A DNA stretch of 64,000 bases from Octopus sinensis (Eukaryota), in NCBI RefSeq assembly GCF_006345805.1, contig NC_043002.1, forward strand, positions 27,652,001 through 27,716,000. The letters run 5' to 3'. The position numbers and the translations under genes were made by a program. Each line of letters opens with the position of its first letter. Position 1 is the stretch's first letter. Below the pieces are notes generated by a model. It was not told where the DNA came from. It saw only the letters and a list, made by a program, of their open reading frames with translations, and did not search any database. Positions 51,620 through 64,000 of this stretch are shown here, one piece after another.

Positions 51620-53070
51620 CAAATTCACAGCGACAATGTTGACAAATCGGTATGGGCGCATGATACTCGACTCCAAGCAAATGCGTGCGACTTTTCAGCA
51701 GCACTTCGCGCGGCTGTTTGCGGAGGGCGATGGGTCGACGACCGCACTGGACTATAGCTCGTATCTGGACGGCTTGCCGCGGCTCTCGGCAGCTGACGCG
51801 AGGTTATGTGACAGGCTGATAATAGTCGCTGAAATTCAAGAGGCGTTGAGCGATTGCACAAGCCGCAGGTCACGTGGTTTGGATGGTCTGCTCTACGAAT
51901 TCTATGTATTCATACAACAGAACGAGAGAATTCCTAGTGCTGCTAGCAGAAGTGTGGTGACACTGCTGAGAAAGGGTACCGACAATGGGGACGTACTATA
52001 GAATTTTTGGCACTTAACTCTGCTAAACACAGAGTTTAAGATTTTGGCCAAGGTGTTAACGAAATTGGTTGAAAGAAAGCTGTCCCTGAAAGGTCGGGCA
52101 GAGGTGGCGAATGCTTACATCGCCTCCATTATCATTTATTGCCTGACCGTCGTGCTTTGTCCTTGTTACTGCTTGACCAGGCTGCAGAGTCTCTTATTTA
52201 AAATCTTGTGGAAGGGACTCGTTCCAATGGTCAGGCGATCAGTCTGTTACCAGCATTCTCTGAGTGTCAGATTAGATTACACCACATACAGCGATTTCTG
52301 GACGGTGAGCGTGTAGGCTCCGTTTGTAAGGCTCGTCTTTCCGCAACACGTCTCCTTGACGGAACTGCAGTCCTGGGTGAAGAAAAAACCGAGACTGAGC
52401 GCCTGATACTTAGAATGTCGTCAGGCGCTCACAGCACTCTGCCAGTCAGGCAATGGTATCGGTGGACGTTCCGCTTTAGAAATTCATAGATCAGTAGTGG
52501 GGAAGTGCGACGACGTTCTCGGGAGACTCTGGGCGCCGACGATAATGAACTGGCTAGTCTACTCCGGAAGACTTTCCGTTCGGGACCTATCATGGATAAT
52601 TTCCAGATGTCCACGGCCTGGCAGTGCTACCAGTTTGAGACAAGTTCCACCGGCACGCATGCGCTTTCAGTTGCGCGCAGAGTGATGAAAGTGTTCTGCG
52701 CGCCCTCGTTCAGTGTCCGGGCATTGCTGACTTGTGGGGTTTGGTTGAACAGCTACTGTCACGTGTGGAATGGGTCCGTCTGTCGGCCGAGTCTGTAGTG
52801 ATGAATGCACCGCCACTCTGCTTCAATCGGGCAGGCAAGGCAGTTTTCTTTTGCCTGGTGGCTGTGGCGAAAGAGGTTGTTTGGTGGACAAGGCTGAAAG
52901 GCATGAGGACAGAAACATTCCTGTTTGGTAGAGCCCTCAGTAACTTTTTCAAGTTTCAGATCAAAAGGAAATTGAGAGTGGAGAGGGAAGTGTTGTCCTC
53001 GAGTGAATTTATCGGAAGGCTACTCCGTCACAAAGTTACCCATAGGCGAATTGGAGCAACGTGAAGGTTA
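51620..53070 (+). pseudogene. Decayed Tx1 ORF2 copy lacking the RT core
   Basis: MRATFQQHFARLF, GLDGLLYEFY, AKVLTK joined directly to LVERKLSLKGRAEV, VVWWTRLKG. Confidence 0.85.
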
Positions 53071-53248
53071 CGCACCTACATATATACATATATATATATT
53101 GTTTTTTGTATTTTATATTCGTGTGGCATCGTCCGTTTTTCTATCCCTGTTTCGTATACATTCGATCCTTCTTCTAAGAAATCTAATGCTCGTCGATTAG
53201 TTTTTCCTTGTGGCTGGCCGGATCGGAGCGATCTCAAGATTAATCAGC

Positions 53249-53375
53249 CGAAATTGCTAGGATGATCCGGTTCTTGACTGAAGATTGAAGGCTTCGAATG
53301 TCCCGTCCGTGTTTTTTGTATCGTCTTCTAAATGTTTTACGTTCTTGTCCCAGTTTGTATTTTTCTACATTTAAA
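53249..53375 (+). repeat. Solo arm homologous to the 38894-39190 palindrome
   Basis: CGAAATTGC...GACTGAAGA...CGAATGTCCCGTCC...GTTCTTGTCCCAGTTTGTATTTTT. Confidence 0.7.
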
Positions 53376-53377
53376 AT

Positions 53378-53445
<68 letters not shown>

Positions 53446-53535
53446 ATCAGATAGTCACACACACACACAAACACATATATATATATATATGACTGAAACA
53501 AATAAAAGAATAAAAAAATACAGTGTAAATTTATA

Positions 53536-54425
53536 CAGGGTAAATCCGGCTAAATCTGACAATCTGCATAAACGTAAAGGAAAATATATTAAACCATCCT
53601 AAAATATGTATATTTGTATATTTTACTATAACAAAAATATTAACTATATTATGACTGGAAGATTACAGTTTACTCGAAGAAGCAGCCTTCAATTTCCACC
53701 ACGCCCTCAGGACGACTCCAGATAGCGCATGCGTGCCTCACTATGACACTGGGATGATCTACCTGCGGCTTGGCCACCATCTCGGCCTTTGTATTGCAGA
53801 AATGTCCATTTTTCTATGTATGCATGGGTCGGATAGAATCTGTTGAAGCAGATTTTTCTGCAGGTTGATGCTTTTCCTGTTGTCATCTCTCATCCATTTC
53901 CAAGCAAACTCATTTTTTCCCAAAGCTGGACATGGTTTTCTTGGAAAACTGGAGACAAACATCCACATACACGCATATCAGGCTTCCACACAGTGTCTTT
54001 TCCAACAGTTCCTCACTCACAGTAATCCATGAGATTAAAATCGGAGTAATTAAATCGCCAGAAATTGTGGTTATGGAAGTCGTTGAAGTTCACCGACAAC
54101 AACTTGTGATTCTTTCCGGAAGTATAGCAAGGAGCCGTATCCAACTGACTCACATATAGCCTTCCAGCCGGAACTCTCTATTGCCAGAATTTGCCACAGT
54201 TTACAGCAGCTTCACATAGCCGTTGGACTTGAGGCTAATGTCAAGTTCAAACATGTGTAGATGAATTGCAGCGTGCGGACACATTCAGAATGCCTAATGT
54301 GTCGCTTCTTACTAGCCACGGCTTTGTGGTCACCGTTGCAGATGTCCATGTCACGTATTACAGTTTTTAAAATGTTTACAAATCATTGAGCAACAGTCAG
54401 GCTGTTCGAATTTTCATACACGGTT
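53536..54425 (-). pseudogene. Tc1/mariner (maT/DD37D-like) transposase remnant
   Basis: TA|CAGGGT terminus; NGDHKAVASKKRH..SECVRT and C-terminal EGVVEIEGCFFE*; subfamily assigned from memory of the family pattern. Confidence 0.65.
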
Positions 54426-54470
54426 CGAAACATCATGATATATGAATATATAAACACAGATAATTTAATG

Positions 54471-54759
54471 GTTCACTACAGCTGTTTCAGTTGCGTTTTT
54501 TATTGATGAATAATTTGACTACATCATGAAGAAACACCGTTTTCTTCGAGTGGCTTAAGAATTTAAAACTTGGTTCGGAGGCAAAATACTAAGATTTGGA
54601 ATGTGGATTGTTGCCGGAATAAGAGGGTCAATCCAAATTCCACACCATTTTTCCCGAACCAAATTTTTAATTTTTAATTCATCCGAAGAAAATGTTTTTT
54701 CTCGTGATGTATTATCCCCAAATTAAAAAAGAAACACATCTGAAACAGCTGTAGTGAAC
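54471..54759. repeat. Old imperfect fold-back element with hammerhead 3' halves at both ends
   Basis: GTTCACTACAGCTGTTTCAG...CTGAAACAGCTGTAGTGAAC termini; inner arms also pair (TGGAATGTGGATTG/CAATCCAAATTCCA). Confidence 0.75.
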
Positions 54760-55082
54760 ATTTAGCCAATTTGTGTTCTTATTTTATGTAAACACCATTC
54801 CTGGAACCTTCCCTATGTTGGATCTGTAACTTACATTCGATCGTGAAACTGCATGCTGGTATATATAGGTGTATAATTTCGTGTGTATATCTATACGTAA
54901 TTGTATATGATTGTACATGTATGTGTTAGTGTATGAATATGTCCGTATATTCATGGGTATGTATGAACACTTTGTATACGGTATATAGACGGTTGTGCAG
55001 ATCTCAACCTTCGCTTGGTGTCCTTATTTCAAATGAATACTACAAATAATTAGCACACACACACAGAGAAACACACACACAT

Positions 55083-55163
<81 letters not shown>

Positions 55164-55240
55164 TATATATGCAATTAGATATAAATACATATATATATAT
55201 ATGTATGTATGTATACACACATACATACATATATGTGCAT

Positions 55241-55550
55241 GTTTAACGTAATCGGCAACCCTACAAAAGTAATGGGCAACGTTCCCTGAGTAAACAATGA
55301 GGAAATTTCTTCTCTCGGATTCCTTACAAACGTTCTTTTATATTGCAGCATTGTTTAATCACAAAGTTAAATTAAAGACAAATTTACAGGCCTCTTTGTA
55401 ATTAAGGATACTTAAGTATCAACTGATGAACATGTACTGAAAACAAATCTATTTTGAATTTCTCAGATAAACAATATACAGTTCATTTGATTTATCTGCT
55501 CACAAGAAAAGTAGGCAATTGCCCATCAGATAACAGTCACCAAAGTACAC
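55241..55550. repeat. Dispersed ~300 bp repeat; second copy at 58716-59012
   Basis: GTTTAACGTAATCG.CAACCCT...TAGGCAATTGCCCATCAGAT shared; both follow (TA)(TG) tracts. Confidence 0.85.
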
Positions 55551-56291
55551 TATGTCTGGAACACCTAAAGTCATGGCTTCGCTGAAGGAGAAATGATATG
55601 ATGCTAAACAACGTCGATATTCGTAATGACGATACTATTGGTGATAATAAATATTAAACAAAATTAAACAGTAGCCTACGATTCAATAAACGTAGTTTTA
55701 TGTGTTTCCCTCTCGGCAGTAAATTTGAAACGTATGTAAATACGTAATTGCGAGTAACAGATTAGAATTATTGACACAACAATCGGTGGCATGAAAACCT
55801 TTAAGTTTGCAACTAGAATAAATATTCCTGGCATTTTGATATATTTCGTATTATACAGAGCCATATTGTGGCATGTAACGAGCAAAGTAATTTACTGCTG
55901 AATGCATTCATCGTATAAATGGAAGCATCAATAAAAGATCGATTTATGTTCAGGCTTCTGGCACGTTTATACATATCACAATTCCCCCTTAAAATCTTAT
56001 TCGTTTACTTAGTGTAAATTCCACAGCAACCACTTCATAAAGCACTCCATAAATCTGTTTCGCTACTGGGAGTCATAACGGTTTCAAATTTTGGCACAAG
56101 ACCAACTTCGAGGAAGTTGGTAAGTCGACTACTTCAACCCCTGTAATCAACTTGCACTTATTTTATCGACGTCGAAATGATAAATGGGAAATCGAACTCG
56201 GCGGAATTTGAACTCATGAGACGTAAAGACGGACGAAATGTCACTAAGCATTTTGTCCGTCATACTAACGATCCCGCTTCGTCTGCCGAAA

Positions 56292-56694
56292 TCTATATAT
56301 ATAAAACTGAAGTTGTGTGGTGTCTGTCTCCTACGATTTAGATTCTTAACTACTCCCACATTTTGCAGTGCAGTTTAACCAAAAGCGGGTATCTTATAGT
56401 CGTGATACATATCGAGCCCTTCTGCGTATTAGCGCGCGTCTACGATGAGTCTACGATTTAAAAAAAAATTACCATCATTTTTTTCCATTTTTAATGCATT
56501 TTTTTTGCTACTATATAAGGGAAGTAACTCTCTAAAAATGTCTACGATGAGTCTACGATTTTAAAAAAACTTACCATCATTTTTTTCCATTTTTAATGCA
56601 TTTTTTTGCTACTATATAAGGGAAGTAACTCTCTAAAAATTCTTATATAGTTCTTTCCCTTACAAACCCGAGCAACGCCGTGTGATACTGCTAG
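56292..56694 (+). mobile_element. Non-autonomous Helitron
   Basis: A|TCTATATATAT 5' end; 3' CCCGAGCAACGCCG..GATACTGCTAG|T; inserted at an A|T site; internal ~100 bp tandem duplication. Confidence 0.8.
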
Positions 56695-57653
56695 TAATTA
56701 ATATAATATTACACATTAACTTCAATTGTCTTTTCCTTCTCGTATACATACCTCATAATTAGCTTTTTAATATTTCCTATAACTATTAATATTTACTCAA
56801 CTATATGTTTTATCTATATATCTAACGCACCTGCATGGAGTTTTTCTATTTAGCATTTAAGTGCACCCTGCATAAAAAAAGCTATTACTAACTTACCTAT
56901 CTAATTATCTGTCTACCTACCTATCTATCTATATATCCCACCATATATTTTCTCTAATTAGCATTCTTTTTCATGCTCCTCCGATCTCTCTAGCTAACTA
57001 TCTAATTAACCTGTCTGTCTCTCTCACAATATAATTTTTAAGGTTTTCTGCATTCAATAAGTTAGCAGTAATTTAAATACTGTTTTTCGAGCAGATGGCG
57101 GCTCTGAATTTTATTCTGTAAACAATCCTACATTCTACATCAATTCATTTACCACATTTTATATGTGCTAATTAATTCCTTCAGCATTGTCTTGTTAGGT
57201 GTAATTAGGTCTACGCTTTGTGGATAAAGTCATCAAAGCTTGGAAGCACGTGCGAAGTTTTCCTTCATAGTTTTTGAAATGCATTAAATAACATTAATTT
57301 CAAATTCTGGCACAAGGCCAGTAATTTCGGGGGAGGGATAAGTCGGTAACATCGATCCCAGTGCTCAATTGGTACTTGTTTTATCAACACCGAAATGATG
57401 AAAGGCAAAGTCGACTTAGGTGAAATTTGGTCTCAGAATGATAAGACGGATGAAATGCCTCTAAACATTTCGTCCGGCGGGCTAGCCATTCTACCAACTT
57501 GTCGCCTTATTGCTTTAAATAATATTAACCACTGACTAATCTCCTCTCTTCTTTTCCACCACCATTAAATGTCAAGCTACCTTACACCGTCACTCGTTTT
57601 CAATCTCTCCAAACATATATAAATATATGTATATATGTATTGATGTATTGTGG

Positions 57654-57855
57654 AGGCGCGTGGCTTAATGGTTTCGATTCCTGGCCCGAGTGACGCGTTG
57701 TACTCTTGGGCAAAACACTTCATTTCATCTTGCTCCAGTCCACTCAGCTGGCAAAAATGAGTAACGCTGCGATGGACTAGCGTCCCGTCCAGCTGGGGAA
57801 TACATACGCCACTGAAACCGGGAAACCGGCCCATGAGCATGGCTAGGCTTTAAAA
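57654..57855 (+). mobile_element. tRNA-derived SINE family C, deleted variant
   Basis: GGAGGCGCGTGGCTTAATGGTTTCGATTCC...TTGCTCCAGTCCACTCAGCTGGCAAAAATGAGT. Confidence 0.8.
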
Positions 57856-57881
57856 AGGCGCATTTATTTATATTATTGACG

Positions 57882-58400
57882 TATTGGCTTGTCAAGTAAA
57901 TTCGTTCGGTTTTTTATTTTATTTTTTTTTTGCTTTTCAAATTTATTTTAATCCTTAATTCACATGAACGAGTTTAACAAATTAGAAAATAATATATTCT
58001 CCCTCATTGTTCATGACTCTTTGCAAACGTTTCGCTTGCTTGTGAATGCCTTGACAGAAAATCTTAACACGAATAATTCATAGGGCAATGTTTTCAGTTC
58101 CACGTCGTTGTTGAACGATACACTTCGCAGACTGCTGGAGAGTAATTGCAAAATAAAATAATCTGAAGGCGCTATATAAGGAGAACCTGATGGATATGGT
58201 AGCATTTTCCATTCGTGCTCTTGAATAGAAGTTTTAGTCAAATTAATAGGTATGGTGTTCGAACAGCATACCTATGTAATTCTAACGTCATTTTAGCTTT
58301 TTTAGTTTCCTTAATCTTTGCTACTGACGAATACTTTTTGACAACCCAGATTCTTAAAATGAATTTATTGTCTTTCTGTATGAAACGACCGTATAGATAT
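57882..58400 (-). pseudogene. mariner transposase C-terminal remnant with TIR-like end
   Basis: EHEWKMLPYPSGSPYIAPSDYF (HPPYSPDLAPSDY motif), VSFNNDVELKT; TATTGGCTTGTCAAG terminus. Confidence 0.8.
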
Positions 58401-58638
58401 ATGAACAAAAATAATTTCAATCCATATTAACATCTAATCTCCTCCTTTTTTCGAAAAATATGATTGAATTTGTCGAGCTTTGTTTTATAACTTAAATCAT
58501 ATACTTAATATACTAATATAACTTTTCATATCTACGCTAATTTTCACCAATAAATAAGAAATAAGTATGAAGAAACAACGTTAGAAATCTTTTGGAAATT
58601 ACTCCTGTTAAAAGAGGAATTCGCATTCAACCCTTTTA

Positions 58639-58694
<56 letters not shown>

Positions 58695-59089
58695 ATAATG
58701 TATGTATGTATGTATGTTTAACGTAATCGACAACCCTGCCAACTCAACGGGCAATGTTATTCGTTCCCTGAGTAAACGAAAAAATTTCTTCTCTCGGATT
58801 CCGTACAAACGTTCATTTTTACTGCAGCGTTGTTCAATAACAAAATTAAATTAATGGCCAATTTACAAGCCTCTTTGTAATTAAGGATAGTTCAGTATCA
58901 ACTGATGAACATGCACTGAAAACAAACCAATTTTTTATTTCTCAGATAAACAACATACTCTTCTTGCTAGAGACACTAGGCAATTGCCCATCAGATTCTA
59001 CCAAATTACACTGCTATGTTCTCAAGCATTTCGTAGTGGATTAGACTTTCCAAACCCCATTGAACGCAGCTCTGGCTTCATTAGAGGTG

Positions 59090-59545
59090 TTGCTTGCTTG
59101 TCGGAATTCAGCCATTCTCTTCTCTGCTTCGTATTGACACAATGACTCCATTTTCAGTGCCAAGTGTCAAGCGAGCAAACTGGCGGAGATAGACGAGCGG
59201 TAGAGATTGTCTCTTTCGTCCAGAGCGTTCATGTGGTACTCAGGCACAGGGAATTTGGACGTTACCTCTCAAGTTAAGGTGACGGACAGCGGCATCATGA
59301 GACCATTCCGTTAGCTTGACCAATTTCCTAATAAAGCGACGCAGATTCCCATGGATGAGGTCGTTCAATCGATCCTCATTAAGCTGCGCAGGTTTATGAG
59401 AACGCAGAGAGTCGGTGTGGTCGAATTCCCCTTCTTTAAATGTAAAAAATCATTTCTTTGTAGATCTTTCCGTAATGGCGCCTTCTCGATACACAGCACA
59501 GATATCTCGAACGAAGAGAATGAGGCGTCGAAAGCGCTTATTTTC
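59090..59545 (-). pseudogene. mariner transposase N-terminal remnant
   Basis: RDICAVYREGAITERSTKK*F..FKEGEFD...LNEDRL...VRHL...A*VPHE (HTH and WVPHEL motifs). Confidence 0.8.
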
Positions 59546-60811
59546 TCCTAATTGGCACTCCGCCCTCGTATGTCTGGAAAGAGGTAAAGGTAAACAAAAA
59601 TCGAATAGAACTACATCAAACATAACGTTAAAAATATTGTTCAAGCTAATTCTATTAACATTGAGAAGAAACGAACGAATTTATTTAACACACACACACA
59701 CGTATATATATATATATATCCACATGCAATTACACATAAATATGCATATATGTATACAGCTTACATATGTAAATGTACATATATGTGTGTGTGTCTGTTT
59801 GTGTATCCGTGTGTGTATGTATATGAACATATAAATGTATGCCTGTGTCTGTGTGTGTATGTATGCGTGCATGTAATGTATGTATGGGTGGTTTGTTTCA
59901 AGTTAGAGTCTTAAAGCTTCCTGTACTAAATATGTAAACACTAACATCACTCCCTATATAATTATTAGTTTTAATATTCAATTGGCCGTTGGTCTCACTT
60001 ATCCATTACATATGGATTTATTCGTTTTCGGTTTCATTGGTTCTTAAGTACAGTATTCAGTATTCAAGAGGAAACACTCCTATGTTCCCGCTTCACTACT
60101 ATAAAACATTATGTTCCACAAAACTGATCTTCATGTCACATCTGTAGCATGCTAATAGGTAGAAAATTACGCACTTTATATTTATTCTTTTGACAAGGAA
60201 CTGGTCGATACACCGGATACACTGATTTGAATTCAGACCATGTATTACAACAATATATCTGATTGTGAACAAATGAGAAAGTATCTAGTTAGTTGGAACT
60301 GCTTCTAGAGATAGCAGTGAGATCACCTTGTAATCATGAGGAAGAATTGTACTTGCAGATATGTGTGTCCGAGGATGTGAGGTGTTGATGTGTATGTGTG
60401 CGTGCAAGTGTGTGTATGGGCGTGTGTGAGTGCGTGTGCATTTGCATGTGTGTGTGTGTGTGTGTGCGTGTGTGTGTGCGTGTGTGTGTGTGTGTTCTCT
60501 GAAGAAAAAGGTGGTGTCTAATCTATACTTAAGACCTGTTTATTGGAACTTAAACATCATTGAGATAATAGTGTATCTACATATACTTATGAATGTATGC
60601 ATGTATATAATTAAGCATAGATGCCCGTGTGTATGTTTACGCGTGCGCGTCAGTGTAATATCTATAAATGCGTGTACGTACATATTACATATCTGTATGT
60701 ATGTGAGGATGTATGCATGAGTGCAAGCTTAATGTGCCATTCCATGTGTGGTCTTGTGTATTATGAATACATATTTATATGCTTACACATGCATGCATGC
60801 ATATGCTTATG

Positions 60812-60843
<32 letters not shown>

Positions 60844-62107
60844 ATACAATTATTATATTAAGGTATGTTACTATAAGTAGAGCCATACGCTGTAAAGGGA
60901 CGCCAAAGTGAAACTACTTTATCGACATATACAAGCGCTGATGTCGAAGAAATGTATATAGAAAAAGATTCATTTAAAAAGGTTCAGTTGCGCGTGTGTA
61001 TATTTGGATAAAGTAGTTTCACATAAGCGTCCCTTTCAGCGTGTAGCATTACTTATAGTAACATCCCCTAATGTAATAAAATATCTTTTAAAAATATATA
61101 CTTAGTATTAATTTTTTTACCTTAATTGGTTTTACACGCTAGCTACGTGATAAAATCTTATATAGATTTTATCCCTATATTTAATTGATGTATACATATA
61201 TTTTAGTTGTGTGTCAAAGTCTCCTTGCAATTATAAGTAGGAATCCAGTAAAATACATAATTGAACTGAAAATTCAATAGAATTTTCTATCTTCTATTTC
61301 TCAGTTCTCTCACATTGGGTTACCAAGTGATAAGCAACAGATTTTAACTACCATGCATAATTTCCTTTTTATTTCTTTCCGTTGTCCTGGATCATTGTGT
61401 GGGGTCTGTTATACTAACTTGCGAACACCTTCCTGCAATCTTCACAGGAACATTCCATAGGTATTTTTATATAAGCAATAATTATGCCCTCCACTATCAC
61501 TGTAGCTTCCATTTTTATGCTTAAGATTAGATTATCCTTTCTACTTTGTTCAAAGTTTTAGTTACGACATTATGTCTCGTAGATAACATAAGGATGACAT
61601 TTTCAAACATCTTTCCAGATTTAAGTCGCTTATTCAGAGTTAATTCCATAGAGTTTTCACCGGTTATCGCAACTAGGTGGTTTATCTGCACCACTGTTCC
61701 TTTTGTGCATTAGGTAATTTAATGATATTTCTTGGGATGCGCCTTTCAAAGACTGTTTCACTCCCTGTTAAGCATCTGTTACTTTGTTTTGTTTTGTTGT
61801 AATTTTTCTTCTAAGTTGACCAGGAAATTTCTCTGTTTCGATTGTTTTCGGATTTTAAAATCAATAGACTGAGTCTTATCTAGCTTGCACCCGAGAATCC
61901 CAAATGATGCTATGATTACAGTCACAACGAACCCATTGTGGCCTTTTCATACTTGTATTTATGAATTAGAATACGTTGATGTCTACAAGCAAAGGGACAT
62001 ATATACGTAATGTTGTTTGGTTTGTACAATTTATTAGCTTTTTTGAATACTTACTAATTACTCTCAATTTCCCGATGCATAAGCGTGAATAATTGTGCAT
62101 ATATATC

Positions 62108-62215
62108 TATGTATATATGTGCACACACGGTCATTCATACATGAACATATATGTGCACAAACGGTCATTCATGCATGAACATATATGCACACACGGTCAG
62201 TCATACACGGACACA
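62108..62215. repeat. ~34 bp minisatellite x3, inverted copy at ~62546-62585; separate 18 bp x3 repeat at 62328-62376
   Basis: ATATGTGCACACACGGTCATTCATACATGAAC units; TACATTACAAGTGATGT(G/A) units. Confidence 0.85.
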
Positions 62216-63233
62216 TATATGTATGTATGTACGTTTGCATGTATGCTTGTATGCATGTATGTGTTTGCATGCATGCACATATGTATGTTTGCATGCATGT
62301 ATATGTACATCTATGTATGTACATACATACATTACAAGTGATGTGTACATTACAAGTGATGTATACATTACAAGTGCTATCTGTGAGTGGAATAGTAAAA
62401 ATATGCAAGACTCTTCTCAAATTCCAAATGTGAATTTGTCTGTGTTAGCTACATCCCAAAGATGGAGCCATGTATCTTTGTTGAAAACCGTTCCCTCTTC
62501 AGTGGAAGATTTATAATAATTAAAATATAGAAGAGACATTCATATATGTGTGCTTGTATGAATGACCGTGTGTTCACACATATATAGGTATATACATAGT
62601 TGAATACATACATCCATGCATACATAACAATTACATAGTGTAATATTCAATTTAGGAATTGAGAACATTCAAAAGCTGTTTGAAATTCTTTTGTTTTTCT
62701 TTCTTCACAATATTCTTTAATAGAAAGTGTGACTGATACATTCTCTCAGCTATGGGACTTTGTCAGTGAACACTTCGCGCAATTGAATTTTTGACACTTT
62801 CTAGTATGTTGCAAATATTATTATGAAATAAGCGTAGGCTAATATAATAAACGCTATGTATTCTTAAAAGGTTAAAATGAAGCTTCTGCGATATTTCCAT
62901 ATCAACATGCGTGCAGTCACTTACCAAACAAATATATCTACACAATTATACAATTATATCCATGTACACATGCATACAGATATTAGAAACACATATGTAC
63001 ATGAATGTGTATGAGTATGCCCAGATGTGCGTATGTATATGAATGTATGAATACATCATATCTTTGAACAATCAAACTTGCCGAGTCGACTAAGCCGCAG
63101 CCTATGAACAGTTCGCATTATACCATGTAACACTCCTTCGTGCAGGGCTTATACCTGCAGATCAACAATCAACAGAACAAGCAAGTGACACATGCCAAAG
63201 GTAAATGTCATTCAATATAGAAGGAATTATTGA

Positions 63234-63294
<61 letters not shown>

Positions 63295-64000
63295 TATATC
63301 ATATTATATTATATTATATTATATTATATTATATTATATTATATTACCACAAGGAATAATATTGTCTCTTATTATAGAAACAAAAGGGTTTATACGACTA
63401 CAAAACAAGTGCTCAAATATAAATGAGACGAAGATAAAAAAGCATTAAATTTGGGCCAACGCCTTCACATACAACACCACCCCTCAAATATTTAATCATG
63501 TATAAAAAAAAACACCATGGTCTACAAACACATAAAAAATAATGCATATACATAAAATCACAGAAGGTAAAGACCTATATTCTAATAAAATACAAATAGA
63601 ACGGCTTATCAAAAGTCAAAAATAACGACTAAAAATTCAAAACTACCAAAAAGCCAAAAAGCCTAATGGACAAATATAGAATAAATAAAAATAAAAATAA
63701 AAATAAAATAAAATAAGTGTCCAGCGACTAAAAAGATTTTATCAGACGATTAAAATATTTTTAAAAATTAAAAAAACATTTGAAAAAGTATTTTATTTCC
63801 CTCAGACAAGTACGGCCAAAGTTCATTAGTATGCAGGCTTCAACTGGTCAAATTCACATACAGTGTCACGTGACAACTTGCTGGGCCTGCCTGCTAGAGC
63901 CTAGCGCTCATTGACGCTACATCCAAGAGGCTAGGGAACAAAAGAAAGAAAAAGAAAGAAGACATGCACCCAACACCAGAGCTGAAGACACCTCCGAAGG

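Noticed and set aside
55430-55455. CTGATGAACATGTACTGAAA (also near 58911)
   Set aside because: No workable helices II, III or I; likely a chance match within the dispersed repeat

Overview
This is eukaryotic, AT-rich, very repeat-dense genomic DNA. The SINE families and the microsatellite load match what I recall from Octopus genomes; that assignment is inferred and unchecked. No intact host gene can be read with confidence, and most ORF-track entries are translations of microsatellites. Main contents: (1) A near full-length ~6.15 kb Tx1-clade (L1-like) LINE on the minus strand (gag-like ORF1 with CCHC knuckle; APE+RT ORF2) and a 5'-truncated sister copy, both embedded in one (GATA)n tract, which suggests (TATC)n target specificity. 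(2) Five minus-strand R4/Dong-like (RLE endonuclease) fragments, mostly bounded by (TAA)n, plus a ~550 bp non-coding element in the same niche. (3) RTE fragments, three decayed Tc1/mariner elements, a non-autonomous Helitron and dozens of tRNA-type SINE copies. (4) Fold-back palindromes in (TA)n whose arms carry minimal type I hammerhead ribozyme motifs of the kind known from Penelope-like elements: three intact cores at 3461-3511(+), 4412-4456(-) and 4534-4578(+), all with a non-canonical U.U at the base of helix II, plus decayed relatives. (5) An RFX X-box at 34590-34603 flanked by divergent ATG+splice-donor motifs, with a tentative chain of phase-compatible small exons. Most repeat boundaries are estimated by eye to about +/-10-20 bp.
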